From a virus (lineage: Duplodnaviria; Caudoviricetes), in the IMG/VR virus record IMGVR_UViG_3300031555_004524, positions 184,150 through 248,149 of that record: 64,000 nucleotides of DNA, one strand, 5' to 3'. Made by a program: the position numbers and the translations under genes. The notes beneath the pieces were generated by a model that was given only the letters and a program-made list of their open reading frames with translations, ran no database searches and was not told where the DNA came from. Shown here in pieces: positions 56,398-64,000 of this stretch. Numbering within the stretch: the stretch's first letter is position 1; each line of letters begins with the position of its first letter.

Positions 56398-57065
56398 TGT
56401 ATACTGTAGTCGGATGCGTTACATTCGATATGGTAATAGATACGGATATAGGATTATTGAAGTTTATACAAAAGAATTTCAATAATCCTAAAATCTTTTA
56501 TAAATCCATTTTGGATGAACGTGATATTATTTTCATGAAGCATATCATGACGGAACGAGAAAATAAGAATCCACTATTAGCAGTTATGATAGATAATACT
56601 AAATACATAAGCGATGCAGATAGCTTATATAATCAGTTTATGACTCAGCATTATGAAGAAATATTGGAATTATCCGTTACAACAGGTATGTTTGATATAA
56701 TAAGAAGATCATATGGTGTAAATGATGTAGTTAGATTTGATATTATTTGTAAATCTGAATGTGAAAAAGATTTAATTATCAAAAGATTTAATAAATATCA
56801 TATTAGACCATCAGTAAAAGTTGTAGAATCATATGATAAAATTGATATACTTCCATATGGAAGTATATACGTAAAAGATATTAGAGATATATTATTATTT
56901 CCTAAAATAGAATGCAAAAATGTTCTAATAGGAAATTATAAATTTAACTTTGAATTAGGTAAACAAAATTTACCTTTAGCAGAAGTAGCAGAAAAAATAA
57001 TTATTGATAATCCAATTCAGATTATTGATATGCATGCTATAGACAAATCACAATATGTAGGATAA
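56397..57065 (+). CDS. Hypothetical protein
   Basis: 222 aa; translationally coupled to the upstream gene. Confidence 0.65.
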   Translation: MYTVVGCVTFDMVIDTDIGLLKFIQKNFNNPKIFYKSILDERDIIFMKHIMTERENKNPLLAVMIDNTKYISDADSLYNQFMTQHYEEILELSVTTGMFDIIRRSYGVNDVVRFDIICKSECEKDLIIKRFNKYHIRPSVKVVESYDKIDILPYGSIYVKDIRDILLFPKIECKNVLIGNYKFNFELGKQNLPLAEVAEKIIIDNPIQIIDMHAIDKSQYVG

Positions 57066-57082
57066 TTAGGAGGAACTAAATT

Positions 57083-58822
57083 ATGGATGAAAGACTATTA
57101 TCAAACATTGTACCTAAGGAAAACCTTAGAATTATGCAGAGCAATGTATTGAAAAATGTGTCAGATGCAGTTATGAAAACTGCTGGACCTTATGGTTCAA
57201 ATACTATGATTCTTAATCCAAATGGAGCTGCACCATCATATTCTAAAGATGGTAAAAAAGTGTTAGGGCATATTAAATACTATGGTCCACTTGAAAGCAG
57301 TATTACTGAAGAATTGCATGAGATTGTAACTCATGTGGTTGCAGAAGTTGGAGATGGAACTACATCTGCAACAAGAATGGCTTATTATATTTTCAAAGGT
57401 TTAATTGAAAATGAAAGTAAGAGATGGGAAAATATCCCTACACACGATATCATTGATACTTTTAAGAAAGTAACAAAGAAGCTTCAGAATTCTATTCTTG
57501 AAAATGGTAGAGAAGCTACATTAGATGATATTTATAATATCTGCATGATCTCTACAAATGGTGATGAAGTAGTATCTAAAAATATTTCTGATATCTATCA
57601 GAAGTATGGTAAAGATGTACATATTACATTAAATACTGCAACTGGAACTGACCATGTTATTAAAGAATATGATGGACTTACGCTTAATCAGGGTTATCCA
57701 TCTCCAGCATATATTAACTTCGAAGATAAATGTGAAATTCCTAATCCTCACATTTATTACTTTGAAGACCCTGTAGATACCCCAGAAATGATTAATTTAT
57801 TTACAAGAATCATATATGATAATATTTTACTTCCAGCTTCTACAGAACAAAAACTTACACCTACTGTAGTTTTTGTGCCATCTATTTCTAGAGATGTAAA
57901 GGATCTTCTTGCACAGGTTGAAACTACTATGTATAATGGAACGAAATATCCACTATTAATAGTAAGCAATCTTACTAAATATACTGGAGAATTGGATGAT
58001 ATTTGTAAATTATGTGGTTGCCCGCCAATTCACAAATATATTGATCCTTCAGTTTATATCAAAGATGTAGAAACAGGTAAAGCTCCAACGCCAGATACGG
58101 TATGTAAATTCTATGGATCTGCAGAGCGTGTTATTGCATCAGCTACAAAAACAAAGATTGACAATCCTAAAGAAATGTTTAATTATGAAACTGGAGATTA
58201 TACTCCATTATACTACGGAATGATTGATTTCTTAAAGAAATCCATTGCTGAACAGGAAGAAACAGCAGATGATAAAATTCAGTTAGGATTAATGAAACGT
58301 CGACTTCATACTTTAACTGCTAATAGTGTAGACTATTATATTGGTGGAGTATCTATTATTGACAGAGATGCAATTAAAGACTTAGCAGAAGATGCTATTT
58401 ATAGTTGTAGATCTGCAATAATGAATGGTGTAGGGTATGGCTGTAACTTCGAAGGATTCAATGCAGCTACTAAATTAGTAGATTATTTCAATGATTGCGA
58501 AGTATCTGATATTAAAGATTCTTTGGAAGATGATATAGCTGCAATTATCAGAATTGCATATGAGAATATGATCATTGAGTTATATGAAACTGCAATGGCT
58601 AAAGACAAAGCAGTTATAGAAGTGAACAATTCAGTAGATGTTAGAGAAATGCCTATAAACTTACGCACTCTTGAATATGATGGCACTGTATTGTCTAGTA
58701 TTAGAACTGATGTGGAAATTTTGGAAGCAATTTCTAAAATCGTGACTATTATGTTTACTGCAAATCAGGCATTGGTTGCTGAACCTATGATGAATAAATA
58801 TGCAGACCATAACAAAAAATAA
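57083..58822 (+). CDS. groEL: Phage chaperonin, GroEL-like
   Basis: KTAGPYGSNTMI, SKDG, EVGDGTTSA, EDAI...A...GV..G motifs. Confidence 0.9.
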   Translation: MDERLLSNIVPKENLRIMQSNVLKNVSDAVMKTAGPYGSNTMILNPNGAAPSYSKDGKKVLGHIKYYGPLESSITEELHEIVTHVVAEVGDGTTSATRMAYYIFKGLIENESKRWENIPTHDIIDTFKKVTKKLQNSILENGREATLDDIYNICMISTNGDEVVSKNISDIYQKYGKDVHITLNTATGTDHVIKEYDGLTLNQGYPSPAYINFEDKCEIPNPHIYYFEDPVDTPEMINLFTRIIYDNILLPASTEQKLTPTVVFVPSISRDVKDLLAQVETTMYNGTKYPLLIVSNLTKYTGELDDICKLCGCPPIHKYIDPSVYIKDVETGKAPTPDTVCKFYGSAERVIASATKTKIDNPKEMFNYETGDYTPLYYGMIDFLKKSIAEQEETADDKIQLGLMKRRLHTLTANSVDYYIGGVSIIDRDAIKDLAEDAIYSCRSAIMNGVGYGCNFEGFNAATKLVDYFNDCEVSDIKDSLEDDIAAIIRIAYENMIIELYETAMAKDKAVIEVNNSVDVREMPINLRTLEYDGTVLSSIRTDVEILEAISKIVTIMFTANQALVAEPMMNKYADHNKK

Positions 58823-58829
58823 ATAAATC

Positions 58830-58865
58830 TAAGAGATGTGATTTATTTCACATCTCTTATTTTTT
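58830..58865 (+). terminator. Terminator
   Basis: TAAGAGATGTGA-TTTATT-TCACATCTCTTA plus a T tract. Confidence 0.7.
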
Positions 58866-58891
58866 AATTATGTAAACAATTTTCCTTTAGA

Positions 58892-58910
58892 TTACATATT
58901 ATAGTATTGA
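58892..58910 (+). promoter_or_regulatory. Early-type promoter
   Basis: TTA CATATTAT AGTAT TGA. Confidence 0.6.
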
Positions 58911-58944
58911 TACAATATTATGATAATTAGGGAGGTATATTACC

Positions 58945-59676
58945 ATGTCAAAAGGGAAAGAAAAGAAAGCTCTTAGAGAAATTATTAGAGATAAGGCGTA
59001 TTATATTATTAAAGACGCGTCTAATTTATCTGGAAAGGAAGTTGTTACCAAACTTCCATTTTTATCATACGATGAAAATGATAAATTCTTTGAAAGTGTT
59101 AGCAGAGAATCGTATTATTCATTTTTAGATAGTATGTATTATTTAGAAAAATTTGTAAAGATATCCGCAAAAGGGGAATATTCAAATAAACATGATAAAA
59201 CTATATTATCATTATTTGCATTGCATGTAAATAAAGAAATTAAGCAGTTAATATATGATAATATGCATAAAATTAGATATGTAACTAATGGAGAAATTTG
59301 GCCATTCTTTTCAGTTAAAGTATTTATCAGTGAACGCACAGAAAGTATCAGTGTTATTGTTCCTAATAGAAAAGATGATCCATTTTTTAGCGACAAAACA
59401 GATTATGAGATATTAGAGTGGGCATTTGAAAATATTCAGTTTGTACCTATAATGGTTAGAGATGAAGAATTTGAACCTAATAAAGTTTCTCATAAATGGT
59501 CTCATCTCAGAAAAAATAAAGATATTCTCTTAAAACTTAAAAAATATTTAGAAATCGCTGATTACAAACCAAATTATAATGTATACTATTATATTAAACA
59601 TATAGAAAGAAAAGGGCAGCATATTTGGTATCTTAAACGAGATGTTAATATGAGTCCAAATACTATAGAATATTAA
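58945..59676 (+). CDS. Hypothetical protein (paralog of 59697-60671)
   Basis: Shared C-terminal W.F.N...VP...F.PN..SH.W.H...VYYYI...YL.RD..MSP. Confidence 0.7.
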   Translation: MSKGKEKKALREIIRDKAYYIIKDASNLSGKEVVTKLPFLSYDENDKFFESVSRESYYSFLDSMYYLEKFVKISAKGEYSNKHDKTILSLFALHVNKEIKQLIYDNMHKIRYVTNGEIWPFFSVKVFISERTESISVIVPNRKDDPFFSDKTDYEILEWAFENIQFVPIMVRDEEFEPNKVSHKWSHLRKNKDILLKLKKYLEIADYKPNYNVYYYIKHIERKGQHIWYLKRDVNMSPNTIEY

Positions 59677-59696
59677 TTATATACAAGGAGAGGCAT

Positions 59697-60671
59697 ATGA
59701 CTGTTAATGATAAACTTACAGATATTATACACATAAAAATGGAAAATCGATTTTATTCTTTTCATGGAAAAGATGAAAATGATAATTCATATTATGTATA
59801 TACTGATACCATAGGATTTACCAATAAAGCCTATCTATATAATATATATACTGAAGAATTTACTGAAATTTCTATTGTAAAGATGAAGAGAATCAAAACA
59901 TTTTTGATATTCGAATCAAAAATGGAAAATATTGATTGTGATATTAAAATGAAAGTTTTAGGTGTACTTTCTGGAAATCCATATTATATTTATATAAAGA
60001 AGTTACCTAAATCAGATATTACTGTATTACCACCATATAAACCATTTGGATATGATATGTTTTCATCATACGATCTAATTCCATCTGTATATGCAGAAAT
60101 TTTAGATCAAATTGCTAATAAGGAAAAAGGACTTAAAATAGTAGATGATGTTAAACATGATCCATTTTGGGTTGAATCTCCATTTACATTGGTTGAAAAT
60201 GTAAATATATTATCTCTTATAATAGATAATAAAGATAAAATAAGAGTAACAGATAATTCATCTATAATTTCCAGATACTTATTATTTAGAGTTATAGTTG
60301 ACAAGAGAACTGAAACCTTTACAATTGAACATCCAAAAAATTATAAAGGGAAAGATCTATCAAAATTGTCTAAATTTGAGCTAATGGTATGGATGTTCAA
60401 AAATTGTAGTATTGTTCCTTTTACTATAAAAAAGGAAAAATTTAAACCAAATAGTACGTCGCATAGATGGGATCATATCAAAACTGATAGCTATATTATG
60501 GATAAGCTTGAATCTTATTTAAACGAAACCAAAAATGAACCTACAGATCATGTATATTACTATATAAGAAAAAATAAAGGTAGATATTATCTTGAACGTG
60601 ATATTGTTATGAGTCCTAGACGCACAAGACATCGCAGAAAAAAGAAAAATAAACAAACAAAAGGGGTATAA
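59697..60671 (+). CDS. Hypothetical protein (paralog of 58945-59676)
   Basis: 324 aa with a basic tail. Confidence 0.7.
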   Translation: MTVNDKLTDIIHIKMENRFYSFHGKDENDNSYYVYTDTIGFTNKAYLYNIYTEEFTEISIVKMKRIKTFLIFESKMENIDCDIKMKVLGVLSGNPYYIYIKKLPKSDITVLPPYKPFGYDMFSSYDLIPSVYAEILDQIANKEKGLKIVDDVKHDPFWVESPFTLVENVNILSLIIDNKDKIRVTDNSSIISRYLLFRVIVDKRTETFTIEHPKNYKGKDLSKLSKFELMVWMFKNCSIVPFTIKKEKFKPNSTSHRWDHIKTDSYIMDKLESYLNETKNEPTDHVYYYIRKNKGRYYLERDIVMSPRRTRHRRKKKNKQTKGV

Positions 60672-60672
60672 T

Positions 60673-61170
60673 ATGATAAATTGTATAAATATGGTATTAG
60701 TGAATAGGGATGATTTGATTTATTCCTATGAGCAAATGAGCAAATCTAATATGAAAGCGTTGGATCAAGAAATTTCTCAAAAATCAAACGAAGGATATAG
60801 TTTAGTTGATATTGGATATTTCTCTAATACTTTATTTTGGGTAAAAGATGACAGATATGGTGAAGATGAATTATATATGAAAAATATTGCATATCTTTTG
60901 CATAGTCTATATCTTAGAGGGAAAATCTTAGAACCAGCAATGATTCAGTATAAAGTTGATATTAATAATTCACAGGATGCATATGATTGGGTTGTTTCTG
61001 TAACGCATAAACTCATAAACAAATATGTTATTACAGATATCGGTCTGGATACAAATATTGTTACATTAGAATTAATGTGTTCTGATGAAGATGATTATAT
61101 TACTTTATTTAAAATAAAAGATAAGTTTGAAGAATTTATGAAAATGATTCATAATTATTTATATAAATAA
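60673..61170 (+). CDS. Hypothetical protein (paralog trio)
   Basis: MINC...LY.KN.AY.L...YVITD...EL.CSD...DKFEEFM. Confidence 0.7.
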   Translation: MINCINMVLVNRDDLIYSYEQMSKSNMKALDQEISQKSNEGYSLVDIGYFSNTLFWVKDDRYGEDELYMKNIAYLLHSLYLRGKILEPAMIQYKVDINNSQDAYDWVVSVTHKLINKYVITDIGLDTNIVTLELMCSDEDDYITLFKIKDKFEEFMKMIHNYLYK

Positions 61171-61179
61171 ATATATAAT

Positions 61180-61208
61180 AACGGTAGGAATTAATTCCTA
61201 CCGTTTTA
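61180..61208 (+). terminator. Terminator
   Basis: AACGGTAGGAATTAATTCCTACCGTT plus T residues. Confidence 0.65.
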
Positions 61209-61245
61209 TTTATATTTAAATAATTAATAGAAAGAAGGGTTAAAA

Positions 61246-61806
61246 ATGATAAATTGTAAAAATATTTTATTAGATACTGAATATTCATATATTGATGAGG
61301 TTACGTATGATCCGTGCAATATAGATAATGAAATAAAAGAATATGTTAAAGAAATTTCCAATAATCATTTTAGAATAATATATGGCACAAGATCAACTGG
61401 ATCTTGTACTACCTGTGTTTATAAAAAGATTATCGAAAATGCTGATGTTGATGTTTTGTATATAAAAAATATGGCATATATATTATATTTAAATCATAGT
61501 TTAAATGTAATACGACGAGCATCTGCTAGAAAATGGAATGTTACCATAAATAGTAAAAACGATACGTGTGACTATTTACTAGAAACAGCACATCTTATAA
61601 AAATGGGATATGTTATAACAGATGTAAATTTTGTAACTGCATCTTCACCTGTGGGCACTGTCACATTCGAATTATTATGTAGTGATGATGAAGAATATGT
61701 GAATTTATTTAAACTTGAGGATAAATTTGAAGAATTTATGGAAGTTCTTCATCAACATTTTTATGCAAATAATATTATACTAAATACTAAAGAAAAAGGA
61801 GAATAA
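61246..61806 (+). CDS. Hypothetical protein (paralog trio)
   Basis: Same motifs as 60673. Confidence 0.7.
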   Translation: MINCKNILLDTEYSYIDEVTYDPCNIDNEIKEYVKEISNNHFRIIYGTRSTGSCTTCVYKKIIENADVDVLYIKNMAYILYLNHSLNVIRRASARKWNVTINSKNDTCDYLLETAHLIKMGYVITDVNFVTASSPVGTVTFELLCSDDEEYVNLFKLEDKFEEFMEVLHQHFYANNIILNTKEKGE

Positions 61807-61809
61807 AAA

Positions 61810-62310
61810 ATGATATTAGTTGAGTTTAATGAACATGAAGAAAACACTATAATGAAACTTATAGAGGATGGGTATATGATTATTGGGATACGACATATAT
61901 CTTATAAATATTATATTTCATTTGAAATATCTGATGGTACTATCGATAAACATATTATAATTGTTAAAAATCATGACTATCTCAAGTATTTATCAAAATT
62001 ATATAATGGTGGTAGCTTGTATACAGATAATCTATCTGATTCAAGAATAATTACAGAGGTTGATTTAAGTACAAAAGAATCTGTACTAAATGAAAGTAGA
62101 AATTTTATAACCATGATAAGTAATGATTATATATGCACTGGTATTAATTTAAAAGATACCGATTGGACTAAAGTGGATTTATTATTTGAATATAATTGTA
62201 TTCCTGGTGGTGAAAGAGAAAAAATACTATTACAATCTAACAAATTTGATGATTTTATGAAAATTGTATCCAATAAGTTATATCCAATACCTAATGAAAA
62301 TAATGACTAG
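61810..62310 (+). CDS. Hypothetical protein (distant member of the paralog trio)
   Basis: KN..YL...YICT.I...KFDDFMK. Confidence 0.65.
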   Translation: MILVEFNEHEENTIMKLIEDGYMIIGIRHISYKYYISFEISDGTIDKHIIIVKNHDYLKYLSKLYNGGSLYTDNLSDSRIITEVDLSTKESVLNESRNFITMISNDYICTGINLKDTDWTKVDLLFEYNCIPGGEREKILLQSNKFDDFMKIVSNKLYPIPNENND

Positions 62311-62644
62311 AATACGGAGGTTTATTAAAAGTATGAAAATGGAAAACAGACCTAACGGTATACTTCGCGATGATTATTATTGTGATTTAACTAGAGAACT
62401 TGATACCTTAGCAAAATTAGATGGATCTGAATTTTTTAAGCATTATATATTTATCGATGCCATGGATAAATCATCTGAATGGCTCGCTATAAGAGTTCCA
62501 GGGGGAACAGTTGGTTCTATTAGAGTAGATGCTAATAATACTATTCTGAAAATAGAAATAGATACAAATTATGTGATTAAAACATATCCTGATAATGTAA
62601 ATGAAATTATTCAGAAATATATAGGAGAGGTTTTAGAAGTATAA
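62264..62644 (+). CDS. Hypothetical protein
   Basis: The true start is probably downstream of 62264; followed by a terminator. Confidence 0.6.
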   Translation: MYPISYIQYLMKIMTRIRRFIKSMKMENRPNGILRDDYYCDLTRELDTLAKLDGSEFFKHYIFIDAMDKSSEWLAIRVPGGTVGSIRVDANNTILKIEIDTNYVIKTYPDNVNEIIQKYIGEVLEV

Positions 62645-62649
62645 TTGAT

Positions 62650-62688
62650 AAAAGGTATAGTTTTAATAGCTATACCTTTTATTTTTTA
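62650..62688 (+). terminator. Terminator
   Basis: AAAAGGTATAG-TTTTAATAG-CTATACCTTTT plus a T tract. Confidence 0.65.
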
Positions 62689-62732
62689 TCTTTTTGACAT
62701 CTGTGTAATATTTATAAGGAGGATATATTTAT

Positions 62733-63506
62733 ATGACTTTTGATCAATACATACAGAATCCAATGGGAAACAAAAATGCTGTAATGTCTAACAGAGAAAT
62801 GTATAGAACTATGTATACTGATAAATTAAATAAGATTCTTGTTAGGGAATCTGGTAAGGTAGAGTATTATCTATATAAATCTAAATCTAAATACTATGCA
62901 CTTATCAAGGTTCCATCGGAAGTAGTACCTAAATTTACATACGATGTGTTGATTGAATTTTCAGAACCAGAAAATGCTAAACCATTAGATAGAACCTTAT
63001 CAAAATATGATGTGAGATTTTATTCTAATGATCCATCATTTGTATTCACATTTGCACATGCTTTCATTGAAAATGGATTGTTTATAGATGAATATAAAGA
63101 TAAAATGTCACCTGAAGCTGTCAAACAAGTAGCTACAGAAAAGAATCCTAGTAATCAAGTTGGTTATGTAAAAAGTCTATATTTTGCATATTTAATTATG
63201 GCTCAAAGAGGGCTATTCAGTAAAGCATTATATGTAGAAAAATATAATAAAACTACTGTTAAAACTTTGATTACACATGCTACTACAAAAATAGAACAGA
63301 GACAAAAAGAAGCAGAAGAATTATCGAAAAAAAAGAGAAAAGATAAGAAAGCTTTAAAAAAGAAAGAAGATAAAAAGAATACTCTTTCCCCAGATATACC
63401 AATCAAACAAGGAGTGAATAGAGTAGTTCATACTCACACAGTGAATAAAATATCTAATACAAAGACAAGTACAAGGATAAAAAGAACAACTTCATCTAAA
63501 AAGTAA
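62733..63506 (+). CDS. Conserved-looking hypothetical protein with basic tail
   Basis: 257 aa; AAGGAGG RBS; near-consensus late promoter GACA-N6-TA at 62696-62707. Confidence 0.7.
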   Translation: MTFDQYIQNPMGNKNAVMSNREMYRTMYTDKLNKILVRESGKVEYYLYKSKSKYYALIKVPSEVVPKFTYDVLIEFSEPENAKPLDRTLSKYDVRFYSNDPSFVFTFAHAFIENGLFIDEYKDKMSPEAVKQVATEKNPSNQVGYVKSLYFAYLIMAQRGLFSKALYVEKYNKTTVKTLITHATTKIEQRQKEAEELSKKKRKDKKALKKKEDKKNTLSPDIPIKQGVNRVVHTHTVNKISNTKTSTRIKRTTSSKK

Positions 63507-63637
63507 AAAATTAATATACTAATTACATTCGAATAATGTATTCGTACAGCAAAATAGGAAAGATGAGGTAACAAAAATGATTAGAAAGTACATATTTGGG
63601 ATATTTAATTCCTCCTAAAAGTCAAAGCTGTTATTAA

Positions 63638-63656
63638 TTGTATATTATAGTTTTGA
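63638..63656 (+). promoter_or_regulatory. Early-type promoter
   Basis: TTG TATATTAT AGTTT TGA. Confidence 0.6.
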
Positions 63657-63679
63657 GCACTTAAAGGAGGAGTAAAAAT

Positions 63680-64000
63680 ATGATACCACTTATACGAAAA
63701 ATCGAACCTCAGAAATTCATACCTGTTGATAGTTGGAAACCTTCTGAAGCTGATCGTATTTTCAAAGCAACAAAAGGGTCCATACAATTACCGGTATCTG
63801 AATTTTACGGGGTTAAAAATGACGCTCTAAACATATTTGTTCTATCTCCAAAGAAATGTTATAATGGAGATTCAATGTTAGAGCATTTACCACATTACTT
63901 AAATTATTTTGAAAAGTTCTATGACCAAGACCATGAACTTTTAGTGATAATCTATAGAATAAAATATATGATAGATTATCAGAAAGAGTATACTCCTGAA
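63680..64000 (+). CDS. Partial CDS (runs off window), candidate nvRNAP-associated / promoter-specificity subunit
   Basis: AAAGGAGG RBS; ATG at 63680; open to the edge (MIPLIRKIEPQKFIPVDSWKPSEAD...HYLNYFEKFYDQDHELL). The ORF is solid but the function is tentative. Confidence 0.4.
   Translation, partial: MIPLIRKIEPQKFIPVDSWKPSEADRIFKATKGSIQLPVSEFYGVKNDALNIFVLSPKKCYNGDSMLEHLPHYLNYFEKFYDQDHELLVIIYRIKYMIDYQKEYTPE

Noticed and set aside
1-64000. Stop-codon reassignment (as in some gut jumbo phages)
   Set aside because: Standard code gives long, densely packed ORFs, and TAA, TAG and TGA all end genes directly before terminators or the next RBS.

Overview
AT-rich (roughly 25-28% GC by eye), gene-dense segment of a jumbo myophage of the AR9/PBS1-like type. 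Strong AGGAGG Shine-Dalgarno sites suggest a Firmicutes host. The window encodes a baseplate wedge (T4 gp6-like, truncated by the window edge), gp25-like and gp26-like baseplate proteins, head proteins rich in [ILV]-x-E motifs, and a tail-appendage cluster. It also encodes a split multisubunit RNAP beta' subunit (GGDYDGD), a primase, a PC4/YdbC-like ssDNA-binding protein, a degenerate 5'-3' exonuclease, a GroEL-like chaperonin, two multi-enzyme polyproteins, a 28 x 23-aa repeat protein and many small paralogous early ORFs. Reading the DNA directly shows six things the ORF track misses. (1) Two phage promoter classes: AACA-N6-TA (14 perfect intergenic copies, matching the AR9 late consensus) and TTR-YATATTAT-N5-TGA (early-type). 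(2) A textbook -1 frameshift cassette (U UUU UUA, 6-nt spacer, 12-bp stem) that would add an unannotated 70-aa gp51-like tail to the gp26-like protein. (3) Polyproteins whose enzyme domains are delimited by putative prohead-protease sites. (4) Tail proteins that share an N-terminal module, two of which carry catalytically dead carbohydrate-esterase folds. (5) Structured early transcripts at about 2.8-3.3 kb and 40.5-41.0 kb. (6) A frameshifted head gene at about 6836. All family assignments come from motif recognition by eye; no database searches were run.
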